From a phage: a stretch of 41,138 bases of DNA. The notes under the pieces were generated by a model, which saw only the letters and a program-made list of their open reading frames with translations, had not been told where the DNA came from and did no database searches. Each line of letters begins with the position of its first letter. Position 1 is the first letter of the stretch. Below, piece by piece: positions 1-9,826 of the stretch. Position numbers and translations under genes: made by a program. The DNA lies in assembly GCA_033178465.1 (NCBI GenBank), contig GCA_033178465.1_4726.2; one strand, written 5' to 3'.

Positions 1-185
1 CCCCCATCAAAGACGCTTAAAATACCAGCCAGGCGATACATACTTACCTTTCCTGAAACGCCCACCACGTAATTGCCGTACACGGTTTCTTCCAGTTTAG
101 CAACAACGGTGCGATCGTCGGAGGTTTTCATCGAAACCTCAATACCATCACCAACTTCTGTTAACGTTAAATCAACGATACTCAT
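1..185 (-). CDS. hypothetical protein, 5' part only (gene starts at 185 and runs off the window edge)
   Basis: ATG at 185..183 preceded by GGAGAA about 7 nt upstream; minus-strand frame is open to position 1 (MSIVDLTLTEVGDGIEV...). Not in the ORF track because no stop falls inside the window. Confidence 0.4.
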   Translation of the reverse strand, partial: MSIVDLTLTEVGDGIEVSMKTSDDRTVVAKLEETVYGNYVVGVSGKVSMYRLAGILSVFDG

Positions 186-207
186 TCATTATTCTCCGCT
201 TTCATGT

Positions 208-894
208 TTAACACATGATTTCACCATGTTTCTTTTCAACATACGTATAAACGTCATCCAAATAAGCAATGAGTTTATCACGATCCGCACAGAGCGATTT
301 AATCACCGCAATCTCTTTCATATAAAGCTGCTGACCTAACGCCGGATACGTAATCCAAGCGTAGCCGTCAGGCGCAAATTTAGAAATAAGATAATCGGCG
401 GTTTCCTGTAATGCGAACTCTTTACTCATCTGGCCGTAACGATGTTCGATTGCACGGATACCAAAACGTTCGTTATCAAGACGACCCATATCCGCCAAAC
501 GAAGCACCTGAGAAGCAACCGAGCTACGTGGACCGGAGTACGAGGCGCGGTGTTCAGCAATAAGTACGCGTATCTCCTCGATGTCCTCCGGTGTGAAAAT
601 TTGCTGCTCGTTACGAAGCAGGATAACCGACGCACGAATACCCCCGATAAGGTGGTGGTATGTTCTGTTTTCGTGGCAAGCGATATCATGCATAAAAGCA
701 GCGGTTAATAGACGACGACGTTCCGTGGGTCTGATGATCCCAACTACATCAGCAAGTTCATTTGCCAGTTCAACAACAGCAAGCACATGTTCTTCTTGAT
801 GTGCAAGATCGTTCTTCCGAATATTTTCAATTACTTCAGCGCGAGTTTCCTGAGATAAGAAATTTAAACAATCCAACGAATATAAAGATTTCAT
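208..894 (-). CDS. HD-domain phosphohydrolase
   Basis: 228-aa ORF with an HD signature (H..HVLAVVELA ... AAFMHDIACHE); GAGGT Shine-Dalgarno about 7 nt upstream of the ATG; early-promoter motif about 50 nt upstream. Confidence 0.7.
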   Translation of the reverse strand: MKSLYSLDCLNFLSQETRAEVIENIRKNDLAHQEEHVLAVVELANELADVVGIIRPTERRRLLTAAFMHDIACHENRTYHHLIGGIRASVILLRNEQQIFTPEDIEEIRVLIAEHRASYSGPRSSVASQVLRLADMGRLDNERFGIRAIEHRYGQMSKEFALQETADYLISKFAPDGYAWITYPALGQQLYMKEIAVIKSLCADRDKLIAYLDDVYTYVEKKHGEIMC

Positions 895-934
895 CGCACG
901 TACCTCTTTGAATCTATTAATAAATTTTCTTTAC

Positions 935-962
935 TCACGTAAGTAATATAGCCGTGAAAGGA
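935..962 (-). promoter_or_regulatory. putative phage early promoter (minus-strand TTTCACGGCTATATTACTTACGTG)
   Basis: One of three near-identical copies (935-962, 24208-24235, 30415-30445), each 50-70 nt upstream of a minus-strand start codon. The core TATATTAC resembles the AT-rich early promoter element I recall for phiKZ-like phages. Confidence 0.5.
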
Positions 963-1008
963 TTTGTGTTGGTCCGTTTCGATGTCCATCGTATTTTATG
1001 GATTGTCG

Positions 1009-1020
1009 AATGACGTCATT
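1009..1020. repeat. 12-bp palindrome AATGACGTCATT (copy 1 of 2 exact; a third TGACGTCATT at 37694)
   Basis: Exact 12-mer also at 30383-30394, both near early-promoter motifs; chance recurrence in 41 kb is unlikely. Confidence 0.4.
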
Positions 1021-1037
1021 TTAAGGGACATCCCCGG

Positions 1038-1072
1038 CCTCCTCCCCAGGAAAGGTGTGGGGAGGAGTTTTT
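1038..1072 (+). other. GC-rich stem-loop with T-tract (terminator-like hairpin in the 5' region of the helicase gene)
   Basis: CCTCCTCCCC (1038-1047) pairs with GGGGAGGAG (1059-1067), followed by TTTTT. Belongs to the CCCTCC/GGGAGG hairpin family. No plus-strand gene lies upstream, so its role (terminator, attenuator or RNA-stability element) is unclear. Confidence 0.35.
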
Positions 1073-1102
1073 ATCATACATTCTATTAAATCGAGCGCGA
1101 TT

Positions 1103-3184
1103 ATGTTGGATAGAATCAATCGTTTAATGAACCGAATAACGGTTAAAAATCAGAGTAACAACACCGTGCATATCGGGGGTATCGATGCCTGGCGTCTTTC
1201 AGATGACATTCAGCGAATATGGGGTACCTCCCGATTTATGAAACATATGTTTCGTAATTTCTCTTCTAGTGGACTCAGTCTCCACAACTTTTACCTTCCC
1301 GATTTCGTTTATATTCTCGAAACGATCATCGAAGCAAAGAATACCCGCAGTAATAAACGCATGCTGAAACACCTTATTGAGGTACTGCTGCAGGAAACCT
1401 GGTTGCAAAATACCACAATCGAGCAACCTGCAATCCTCGATAAAGCACGCATGAACAAAATGCTAACGCTCTCTTTGTTCGATTATCAAGATGAGTTTAT
1501 CGACATCTATAACCGTAACGTACCTAAATACCGACTGAAAGGATACGTGTGCGCAATGGGTGCCGGTGCGGGTAAAACAATCACCGCGTTGGCTTTAAGC
1601 GCCGCAATGAACGTCGATGTATTTGTGGTCTGCTGTCCTAAGAACACCATGCGTTCAGCATGGCAATCCGATGTAAACAAAGCCATCGTTGACCCCGCAA
1701 CAGAAACCGCATTCTGGTCAGATACAATGCCACCATCACAGCTGCAGAAAAGCGATAAGTATTATTTTCTGCATTACGAGTCGATGGGCTTATTAAACGA
1801 TGTAATGATCAAGCATAAACGCACAGCGAAGCGAGTTCTTATTGTTGTTGACGAAAGCCATAACTTCAACGACAAGAACAGCCAGCGTTCCCAACGATTG
1901 GTTGATCTCGTACAGACGATGCGTCAGACCATGAATGCGGACGTGCATGTCTTGTTTATGTCGGGTACGCCTGTTAAACAAATGGGTTCTGAGATGATCC
2001 CCTGTTTAGGTTGTATCGACCCGATGTTCCAAGGACAGGTGGTCGATAGCTTCAAAGCAATTTACGGTTTAACCAGCAGTCGTGCTAACGATATCCTCAG
2101 ACATCGTCTTGGGTTCATGATGCATGTTGTGCCTAAAGAGGCTTACCGTAAAACCCGGCCGGAAGTTCAGGATGTTTACGTGAAGCTCCCTAACGGTAGC
2201 GATTATACCATCTCAAGTATCCGCGACGACATGGCGATATTTGTACGCGATCGGGCGAAGTATTACAAGGATAACTGGGGGCATTACCGAAAGATTTTTG
2301 ATGACGCCTTGGACTACTATCGCAAGACTATTCGTACCGATGGTGAACGTAAAGAGCTATCTCGATACGAATCGATTGTTGCTCGTTTCCAGAAAGGTTA
2401 CGACCCCGTCAGAGACAAAGAAGATGCGATGTTCTGCAACACGTTTGAAAAACGAGCGATCATGCCGGTTCTTCCTTCTGATTTAAGGATTGCTTTCAAA
2501 GACGCCAAGAGCGTCATCAAGTACGTTGGGTTGAAAATTCAGGGTGAGGCGTTAGCGCGTGTTCTAGGCGCAGCCCGCATTCGGTGTCATGTCGACATGG
2601 TGGAGTACATCGACTTCGAAGGGTACATCAATAACGCTGAAGCCAAGGTGTTGATCTTCACGTCGTACGTTCAGGTGGTTGAGCGCGTCGACAACATGCT
2701 TCGTGATGCGGGTTTCTTACCTGAACCCATTTACGGGAAGACCAACAAGAACATCAACCAGATACTTGCTCGTCTACGCGACGATCCCGACAGCGGTCCC
2801 GCTATCGCAACATTTGATAGCTTAGCTGAAGGGGTTCCAATGCTGATGTGTAATGTGGGTCTTTTCCTGAACAACCCGTGGCGTTCGTCCGATGAAATCC
2901 AAGCCATCAGCCGTCTCGATCGTGTAGGGCAAACGCAGCCTGTTCGGATTTATCGTTTCATGTTGGATACAGGAAGCGAGGGTAACGTTTCTACACGTAG
3001 CCACGAAATCATGGAGTTAAGTCGACAGCTTGTTGAAGAAATCACGGGCGTCAAATACGTGGTGAACAAGCAAGACGACGTTAACTTGCAAGAAACGTTG
3101 GCGATGGAAGGATACGATCAATACGTTACCGTAAACACCACGGAATACGATATTAAACCACGACCTGCGTTCTTGGAATGGTGA
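1103..3184 (+). CDS. SF2 helicase (SNF2/DExH-like ATPase)
   Basis: Walker A CAMGAGAGKT, motif II VVDESHNF (DExH), SGTP motif III and a helicase C-terminal region. The ORF track starts at a GTG (1055) inside the upstream hairpin, so I take the first ATG at 1103; the start is uncertain. Confidence 0.65.
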   Translation: MLDRINRLMNRITVKNQSNNTVHIGGIDAWRLSDDIQRIWGTSRFMKHMFRNFSSSGLSLHNFYLPDFVYILETIIEAKNTRSNKRMLKHLIEVLLQETWLQNTTIEQPAILDKARMNKMLTLSLFDYQDEFIDIYNRNVPKYRLKGYVCAMGAGAGKTITALALSAAMNVDVFVVCCPKNTMRSAWQSDVNKAIVDPATETAFWSDTMPPSQLQKSDKYYFLHYESMGLLNDVMIKHKRTAKRVLIVVDESHNFNDKNSQRSQRLVDLVQTMRQTMNADVHVLFMSGTPVKQMGSEMIPCLGCIDPMFQGQVVDSFKAIYGLTSSRANDILRHRLGFMMHVVPKEAYRKTRPEVQDVYVKLPNGSDYTISSIRDDMAIFVRDRAKYYKDNWGHYRKIFDDALDYYRKTIRTDGERKELSRYESIVARFQKGYDPVRDKEDAMFCNTFEKRAIMPVLPSDLRIAFKDAKSVIKYVGLKIQGEALARVLGAARIRCHVDMVEYIDFEGYINNAEAKVLIFTSYVQVVERVDNMLRDAGFLPEPIYGKTNKNINQILARLRDDPDSGPAIATFDSLAEGVPMLMCNVGLFLNNPWRSSDEIQAISRLDRVGQTQPVRIYRFMLDTGSEGNVSTRSHEIMELSRQLVEEITGVKYVVNKQDDVNLQETLAMEGYDQYVTVNTTEYDIKPRPAFLEW

Positions 3185-3190
3185 TTAAGA

Positions 3191-3224
3191 AGCTCTGCCT
3201 GACATTAGGCAGAGCTTTATGCTG
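3191..3224 (+). terminator. rho-independent terminator
   Basis: Perfect 10-bp stem AGCTCTGCCT / AGGCAGAGCT with a 6-nt loop, followed by TTTAT, immediately after the helicase stop. Confidence 0.55.
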
Positions 3225-3283
3225 TATTTGTTGCAAGATCGTATGACGTATATGCGTTGTACTTCTTTAATAAGGCAGAATAA

Positions 3284-4735
3284 ATGAAACTTAAACAAAG
3301 CTGGAAAGACGAACTTCTCGCGTTAGTAAATAGCAAAAACAGTTTACAGCTGACATTAGCCGACGTAAAATTTGAGTTAACTGAACCGGTAAGCGAAGTG
3401 CCCGGAACGGTTGTTGTTACGATCAAACCGAACGATGATAGCCGTTACTTTAACGAGCAATCTCTGACCTACATTCGTCGAGACATCGCTAAAAACTTCA
3501 CCGGGATCCCGTTACGGGTTATCGTTAAAAATGATACCGCCGTAAGGGATATCATCAACACGATCGCTGAACGTTACGGATTGGTATTTGACACAACCGT
3601 CGACTTCCTCGAATCCGAGCTGAATAAACAAATTACGTTCGAAGACACCGGTATTAAAGACATTACGGTTCCGGTTGCAAACACGTCTTATGTTTGGGCT
3701 GGTAATCTTCAGTTCAATATCGCTAACGATACGTTGAGCTTGATTACGATCATCAAGCAAACCAATCTTACGAATCTGGTTTATCTGGATGGTGTTGAAG
3801 CTGACACATCGGGTTCGTTACTATTAGCAACAACCTCGGTTATCGGCGAAAACGGAAATGCCGAAACAACTGAAGGTGTCCTTGACGCCGCGTACTTCCA
3901 GAATATCCTGAACGTCATGGTTCGTTATGGTGATATTACCAACGAACAAATGCAACAAGCAATGCAGACAATTAACGGAAGCGAAGACGCTCGTAGAGTA
4001 GAGGTGCGGTCATACGGTGACGCCGAATTACTGGTAACCACCAAGAAAGATTGGGTTATCGGTAGCCTTAAGGGTGCTATGGTTGTTGGTCACGCTTCAC
4101 CTAAACCAATCCAATACGTTCTTAAAACAAAAGGCGGCACCATTATATTGTCATTAGATGGTTGGACAAATGTCAATATCGATTGGGGTGATGGGAATAA
4201 GACGACGCAGGACTCAGGCGATAATGAATATCAGCACAATTATGCGGACACTACAGAACGTACGATCGTCGCTACGGGTACCCCTACCAACGTTGAAGAT
4301 ACAGACGTACAGCAAAGCTTCACCGGTGGTAACATCACTGAAATCGTTGACTGGAACAACGGATTACCTAAGGCCCCATCATTACTTGCGGCGAACAGTT
4401 TAGTTAAGGTTCCCGATTATATCCCGGCATATTGGACGTCGTTAGAAAGTATGTTTACGCGATGCAGCGCTATTAACGACGTGAACATCACCAAATGGAA
4501 CACCCGCAACATTACTTCAATGAAGGACCTCTTCTACGGTTGCGCTACGTTCAACCAACCGATCGGTTCGTGGGATGTTTCGTCTGTTAAGAATGCAGAC
4601 AATATGTTGTCTGGGTGCTTCGCGTTCAATCAGGATCTGAGTGGTTGGACATTCCCGGCAGGCACTTCACACATCAACTACGACGCCATGACCGCCGCAT
4701 GGCAGGCTGGTTATAAACCACACTTCACCGAGTAA
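3284..4735 (+). CDS. hypothetical protein with C-terminal DUF285-like repeats (possible virion or host-recognition protein)
   Basis: 483-aa ORF. The C-terminus carries about 3 repeats of the pattern W-[DN]-x-S/T-x-V-x-x-M-x-x-x-F-x-x-C-x-x-FNQ (WNTRNITSMKDLFYGCATFNQPIGSWDVSSVKNADNMLSGCFAFNQDLSGW), which resembles the DUF285 (Mycoplasma-type) repeat. Terminators flank both sides. Confidence 0.55.
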   Translation: MKLKQSWKDELLALVNSKNSLQLTLADVKFELTEPVSEVPGTVVVTIKPNDDSRYFNEQSLTYIRRDIAKNFTGIPLRVIVKNDTAVRDIINTIAERYGLVFDTTVDFLESELNKQITFEDTGIKDITVPVANTSYVWAGNLQFNIANDTLSLITIIKQTNLTNLVYLDGVEADTSGSLLLATTSVIGENGNAETTEGVLDAAYFQNILNVMVRYGDITNEQMQQAMQTINGSEDARRVEVRSYGDAELLVTTKKDWVIGSLKGAMVVGHASPKPIQYVLKTKGGTIILSLDGWTNVNIDWGDGNKTTQDSGDNEYQHNYADTTERTIVATGTPTNVEDTDVQQSFTGGNITEIVDWNNGLPKAPSLLAANSLVKVPDYIPAYWTSLESMFTRCSAINDVNITKWNTRNITSMKDLFYGCATFNQPIGSWDVSSVKNADNMLSGCFAFNQDLSGWTFPAGTSHINYDAMTAAWQAGYKPHFTE

Positions 4736-4756
4736 AAAAAAAAATAGATAGCATAT

Positions 4757-4794
4757 CTTCCTCCCTACCCATAACGGGCGGGGAGGAGGGTTTA
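4757..4794. terminator. bidirectional terminator hairpin (CCTCCCTACCC ... GGGGAGGAGGG) between convergent genes
   Basis: Imperfect inverted repeat flanked by an A11 run on one side and TTTAT on the other, between the 3' ends of 3284..4735(+) and 4807..5145(-). Confidence 0.5.
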
Positions 4795-4806
4795 TGTCAA
4801 TTTAAT

Positions 4807-5145
4807 TTAGAACCAGAGTTCTTTCATGAAGTAGGCTTCCATATCGTAGATAAGCCACTCGTCAGGGATTTCTAAAGGATCGTCTTCGGTTAAGGTCAGC
4901 ATGTGCAGGGCGAACGCACGCTTAATATCGTTCAGCAGTTTCTCGTCGTCGTAACCTTCAGGTAGTTTACGGTCTACCAGCTGGGTTTGTTTATAGACAT
5001 CGCGGAATGCTTCAGGGCTGTGTTTGTCCATCGGAAATTGTTCAGCAGCCTGAACCATAGAAAGCGTCCAGCTTACAACATTGTAACGCTCACCGTTAAT
5101 TTCACTGAACTGATCATCGATTAAACAGATTTGTTGTACGTTCAT
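4807..5145 (-). CDS. hypothetical protein
   Basis: 112-aa ORF; its ATG overlaps the upstream gene's stop (ATGA); GGAG upstream. Confidence 0.55.
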   Translation of the reverse strand: MNVQQICLIDDQFSEINGERYNVVSWTLSMVQAAEQFPMDKHSPEAFRDVYKQTQLVDRKLPEGYDDEKLLNDIKRAFALHMLTLTEDDPLEIPDEWLIYDMEAYFMKELWF

Positions 5146-6035
5146 TCATTTTCTCCATTCTTATCTTGGTCGCAATCACACTCTTCGACGTCTTTCTTAC
5201 TTAAACGTAAGACACCGAGTGCGGCATGCTTGAGTTCTTGCAAAGCGCTTTTCAGCTGACCTTCTTCATCGAAATCAAAATACTTCTCGTTGTAGCTTAA
5301 CGCTGGAATCATATTTACGAGAGGTTCGATGGCGGGCATCAACATTTCAATGACGACCTTAGGATCAACAAAGCGTTCGAACCCTTCAGGAAGTTTGCTC
5401 ACTACAACCTTATCGTTTTTGATGTAGAATTTGTTCTTGAACAAATCGTCAAGAATAGCGTTCTCTTCATCCGTACGTTTTGCGTGAGGACGATCGATCA
5501 TCTGTACAAACACATCGCTCAACGCTTCAGGCAACGTCGGATTTTCACGAAGATAAGTTCCGGCCGGAATTTCAATATCGATCTTCGTCCACTCAACAAC
5601 CTGGTGGTCTCGCGTATAGATGACGTCAACTTCCCATGCCAGGCCATCAGCGCTTTCTACGGTGTAACGTGTTTTCGCTTGACCTTCCGGAGCCATGCGC
5701 TCAATGGCATCAAACATCTCGACTGGAATTTCTACCTCGCTTTCCGTTGCATCACCTGGGCCACGATATACCTTCGTGGTCATGATGTATTTCGGTTCTT
5801 CGTTATCGATCTGTATCGCACGTGCTCGTACTTGACCTTTCACACCACCAACGGCCGTGTTATCAAACAACCATTGATGTTGCACCATATGTTCGATTTT
5901 TGATGCGACTTGACGAAGACGTTCAACACCGTCTTCAGCCAGTTTACCAAAGAAGACCAGCTCACGTTCCTGCTGTGTCTCACCACTTAACATCATTAAA
6001 TTGGCGATTTGTTTCACGCCTCTTACTTGTGACAT
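5142..6035 (-). CDS. hypothetical protein (acidic C-terminus)
   Basis: 297-aa ORF; GGAG Shine-Dalgarno upstream of the ATG; translationally coupled to 4807..5145. Confidence 0.6.
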   Translation of the reverse strand: MSQVRGVKQIANLMMLSGETQQERELVFFGKLAEDGVERLRQVASKIEHMVQHQWLFDNTAVGGVKGQVRARAIQIDNEEPKYIMTTKVYRGPGDATESEVEIPVEMFDAIERMAPEGQAKTRYTVESADGLAWEVDVIYTRDHQVVEWTKIDIEIPAGTYLRENPTLPEALSDVFVQMIDRPHAKRTDEENAILDDLFKNKFYIKNDKVVVSKLPEGFERFVDPKVVIEMLMPAIEPLVNMIPALSYNEKYFDFDEEGQLKSALQELKHAALGVLRLSKKDVEECDCDQDKNGENE

Positions 6036-6103
6036 ACATGCTCCGGTTATAAGGGCCTACATCCAGACCCTTCATTGATTTTTGATGCAATCAAACGCTA
6101 TCG

Positions 6104-7678
6104 TTACAATTCAAAATCTTCATCGATAACGCGCTGGGTAAGCACTTTGTCGCTGAAGAACTCCACCTTGCGCTGATGGTATTTACGGTGCGCTTCGATA
6201 GATGTACATACCAGATACCAGAACGTTGGTGTCATTCCTTCAAACTTCCCTTTCAGCTGACGCAGTCGTCCCAACACCTGAATGTTGCCGGTTCGTGACC
6301 CCATCGCTAACGTCATGAACGTCATCACCAAGTCAGGAAGGTCGATACCGGTACCTGCCGATTTCACCGTCGTAACGCTAATATCGTTATCCAACAAGAC
6401 CATGAAATCTTCTTCAGCAGTATAAGGACCGATCTCTAACTCAGGAATACGTTCACTGAGGTAATGCGACAACGACTTACACATATCAACGGTTGCACAA
6501 TACACCAGCATCTTCATACCTTCCTGATACTGGTTCATGAAACCTTTGATGATAACCGTATAGATAAAGTTGAAATACGCGAGTTTGAGTTGCTTGTTCT
6601 TCATGATAGACTGTTCGAATATCGTGTGTGAATAAGCTCCACCAAACCCTTTGTATCTGACTTTATCTGTACTGCGTAGTCGGTACGTTACCGCATTTAC
6701 CGCAATGTATTTCTTGTATTCGCCTTTCGCATAACGGGCTTCTTTCGGATACATCAAATACAGCATCTGTTCGATAAACGGATCATCGGATACCGCTGTT
6801 GCCGACAGATAAATGATTTCCGGAATATTGGCGTAACACTTGACCTTAAACAAGAAATGCAATGCTTCGTGACACTCGTCATGAATCAGCAAACCTATGC
6901 CGGTCTTTTCCCAAAACTCAGCGGGATGGAAGGCATATGGCGCAACGCAGTTATTCTTCTCGTAGTCCGCAATATAACGTTGGAACATGTTCAAGGAGAA
7001 CAATGCGATTTTGAAGTCGAGTTCACCTTGTTCAACCAAGGTTTGAAACTCCAGCATGCTGTAACGAGGAATGTCGGGATGCGGTGGATCCTCCTTAGCG
7101 TTCCCACGTATTTCGATAACGTCCCCTGGTTCCATCCCGAAGAAGTTCAGTAGTGAGCTTCGCCAACCTGGCATGTATCTCGGCGACAGAATGATACCCG
7201 TCCGTACACCACGTCGGAAGGTAATCTCCTGCGACATGGCCGTTTTACCAGACCCTGTTTGAGCGGTGTTTAGGCTCATTCTGAAGGGGGTATCCTTACC
7301 CCCGTCCATGTACTCCAACCATTCTTGCTGATCTTGACGCCATGGAAACTTCCATTTCTTTACGAACTCCACTTCCTTACCTGGAACCGGATCATGGTAA
7401 ACGATTTCCAACCACTCTTTTCGTATCCCTCGGGAAAAGATAAAATCCAAAAACGATTTCAACTGTTCACGGAGTAAGTATACCTCGCTATAATCGCTTC
7501 TTGCCGCGGCATACGTGTTTATGGTATCGGTAACCATTCTCCGTGTACGAGGGTCACGCCGTTTCCTCAGATGCAAACAACGGTCTCGAAGGTAATGGCC
7601 TATCAAATGGGCAAATCGAAGTCCGTATCCGCTCAGCCTCATGCCATGCGAGAAGACGTCGATACGAGCTAACTTCAT
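6104..7678 (-). CDS. SF2 helicase (DExH-box ATPase)
   Basis: Motif I TGSGKT, motif II DECHE, motif III SAT, motif V-like TVKSAGTGIDLPD, motif VI-like GRLRQ. Start overlaps the stop of 7675..9681 (ATGA). Confidence 0.65.
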   Translation of the reverse strand: MKLARIDVFSHGMRLSGYGLRFAHLIGHYLRDRCLHLRKRRDPRTRRMVTDTINTYAAARSDYSEVYLLREQLKSFLDFIFSRGIRKEWLEIVYHDPVPGKEVEFVKKWKFPWRQDQQEWLEYMDGGKDTPFRMSLNTAQTGSGKTAMSQEITFRRGVRTGIILSPRYMPGWRSSLLNFFGMEPGDVIEIRGNAKEDPPHPDIPRYSMLEFQTLVEQGELDFKIALFSLNMFQRYIADYEKNNCVAPYAFHPAEFWEKTGIGLLIHDECHEALHFLFKVKCYANIPEIIYLSATAVSDDPFIEQMLYLMYPKEARYAKGEYKKYIAVNAVTYRLRSTDKVRYKGFGGAYSHTIFEQSIMKNKQLKLAYFNFIYTVIIKGFMNQYQEGMKMLVYCATVDMCKSLSHYLSERIPELEIGPYTAEEDFMVLLDNDISVTTVKSAGTGIDLPDLVMTFMTLAMGSRTGNIQVLGRLRQLKGKFEGMTPTFWYLVCTSIEAHRKYHQRKVEFFSDKVLTQRVIDEDFEL

Positions 7679-9681
7679 AACGTGATTACATCCTCCGGTT
7701 TAGGTTCTTTACGCGGTAGAAGCATGTAGTCGATCGGATGATCCGGCTTCATGGTTGGGATATAACTGTTCGGGTTTTGGAACGCATCCAGTTGCTCTTG
7801 GTGAGCGAACTTCATACTCAAGGAGCGCATGTTCATATTCTTCTTGAAGGTACTGAAGTATCGTGTTGTTCCCTGTTTCGGCATGCGATAATCTTTCGTG
7901 TGTGGCGAACGAATCATGCTGGCATAGAGAATAACATCGAGATGCGAAAGGTTCATTCGCAGACGCTGGGCACACAGACGATGCCAATAGTACAACACGT
8001 TTGCAACTTCTTCCGGCGTTGCTTCGTCTTCCGAAAGGAATCCGGCACTGAAAGAACCTTTCCCGAATTTGAACTCACGTTCGATTTCTTTTGCGTATTC
8101 CATCATGTTTTTGTGGATTAACGGCATCTGGAATAACGTACGTGAATTGTCCCAATGTTTCAAGTCGAAAATCACAATCCCGTCAGACGTCACTTCCCAG
8201 CTATGGCGTTTAAGATAACGGATAAACGCTTTACTCGGGACAACAGGACGACCGCAGAAATCGAAATTGACTTTAAGCTTACGATAGCTTTCATCTTTCC
8301 TGTCGTAAATCTCCATATCACAAAGCGTCATGTTAAACAGACGTTGCGGTATCAGCGAACTGATTTCTTCCGCTTCCGCTACGTCGTACAACATGTTCGC
8401 AAGACCTAACTTCATCTTAATCAACACGTGTTTACCTTTCAGCTCACGTGCGAGTTTGATGTCGTTCATGTTCTGGCTGTAGCGAAGGATATGTTGATAT
8501 TCCGGTGGGATTGGTGCTGTGGATACCGTTGACGAACCATCGTGGTGTTTGGTAGAAAGAATGTTCTGCGTTACCTGTTGCGAACAGGTACGCGCTGCAC
8601 CGTCGCCGACATTATCAGTCAGTGCGAAGTTATGACTTAATTCACCGTAACATGTCGTACAGACCCCAGCAGGATCGGGATGATGACAATAGTTAACGGA
8701 GCGCATGCGTACCGTCGTACCAATCAATTCTTTCATGTGTGGTTGTATCGCTACCAACGAACCGTCATCACGAATAATGAATCGACCGTGGAAGCCACGC
8801 AGGTCGGTCTCATCACGGATAGGCATCGGGATGGTCTCTTTACTACCACAATCACCAGGATGGAGTCGTTGTACAACCGCTGTCGCTATCTGAAGTTCAC
8901 GACCGAAATATTCAGACTTTTTAATCTGCTCTTTGTTGAACAGCAACGATTTCGCCGCAGAACGACTTTCTTTCAAGCTGTCGGGAAGAGAGATCAAACC
9001 AGCTGCGTATGACCGCATTACTGGATCACGGAATATCTCGGAGTTAATATCAGTCAAGAATCCACGCATCCCAATACACTGTAGCACCTGCCCAATCGAA
9101 ACGTGTTCGGTTCTTACCGCACGTGCAATAGGGTTTGCATGTAGCGTTTTATCGGTGCTCAGTACCTTCGTCAGTTTCTTGTATGCGCTTTCAATGCCTT
9201 CGCGGGTGGGTTCCGCTTCGGCGATGATTTTCTTAACTTCGGGGTGTACGGTAATCTGATAAAAATCATCCGCGCAAATCGTTGTTACGTATTCCTCCAA
9301 CGCATACGTAAAGAAGTTATATACATTGTTAAACATATCGAACAATGCTTTCCAGAGAACCTCACGATTCTCTTGTGGATAAGCATACATGCATTGACGA
9401 TACGCTGCGCTTTGCAACGCAACCGATGAACCCGCTGTGAACTTGCGTTTATCGACCAGGTTCTCTTTTGTCAATGGTGTCTCAGGATACATGCGATGCA
9501 CAGACCAGTGCATGTAACTAAAGAAAATGCGTCGCGCACGTAATTCATGAACACCATCGTCCATCTCGATATATACACGGTCATTAGGCTGTGCCCATTC
9601 GAACACCTCATCAACCGGCCAGTGCATAAGCTCGCGTGCCCTCACACGACGTTTCGTGGTGGTTGTCTGTGTTGTAATCAT
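7675..9681 (-). CDS. multisubunit RNA polymerase beta' subunit, C-terminal fragment (trigger-loop region)
   Basis: 668 aa. The segment CHHPDPAGVCTTCYGEL...GDGAARTCSQQVTQNILSTKHH parallels E. coli beta' CDTDFGVCAHCYGRDL...[21 protein letters not shown] (recalled from memory). Confidence 0.5.
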   Translation of the reverse strand: MITTQTTTTKRRVRARELMHWPVDEVFEWAQPNDRVYIEMDDGVHELRARRIFFSYMHWSVHRMYPETPLTKENLVDKRKFTAGSSVALQSAAYRQCMYAYPQENREVLWKALFDMFNNVYNFFTYALEEYVTTICADDFYQITVHPEVKKIIAEAEPTREGIESAYKKLTKVLSTDKTLHANPIARAVRTEHVSIGQVLQCIGMRGFLTDINSEIFRDPVMRSYAAGLISLPDSLKESRSAAKSLLFNKEQIKKSEYFGRELQIATAVVQRLHPGDCGSKETIPMPIRDETDLRGFHGRFIIRDDGSLVAIQPHMKELIGTTVRMRSVNYCHHPDPAGVCTTCYGELSHNFALTDNVGDGAARTCSQQVTQNILSTKHHDGSSTVSTAPIPPEYQHILRYSQNMNDIKLARELKGKHVLIKMKLGLANMLYDVAEAEEISSLIPQRLFNMTLCDMEIYDRKDESYRKLKVNFDFCGRPVVPSKAFIRYLKRHSWEVTSDGIVIFDLKHWDNSRTLFQMPLIHKNMMEYAKEIEREFKFGKGSFSAGFLSEDEATPEEVANVLYYWHRLCAQRLRMNLSHLDVILYASMIRSPHTKDYRMPKQGTTRYFSTFKKNMNMRSLSMKFAHQEQLDAFQNPNSYIPTMKPDHPIDYMLLPRKEPKPEDVITL

Positions 9682-9780
9682 TATTACTTTCCGATTTAAA
9701 TGGTTTTATCATACGGTTTACCAAATCCGTTGGACTTTACTATCGTTGTGATAGCATCGGGAATCCCTTCCCTTAGGTTA

Positions 9781-9805
9781 TGTAGGTGTTAATATATCTC
9801 CACTG
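9781..9805 (-). promoter_or_regulatory. possible weaker variant of the early-promoter motif (minus-strand GGAGATATATTAACACCTAC)
   Basis: Partial match to the TATATTAC motif family, about 100 nt upstream of the beta' C-terminal gene start. Confidence 0.2.
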
Positions 9806-9826
9806 CCGGAGTAAAAGTCGGCAACA

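Noticed and set aside
1055-1102. GTG start of the helicase ORF at 1055
   Set aside because: The codon sits inside a GC-rich hairpin; the first ATG at 1103 is preferred, though neither start has a strong ribosome-binding site.
5484-6052. Plus-strand ORFs 5484..5903 and 5822..6052, and similar 60-140-aa antisense ORFs throughout
   Set aside because: They lie antisense to longer minus-strand genes with translation signals and are typical frame-shadow ORFs.
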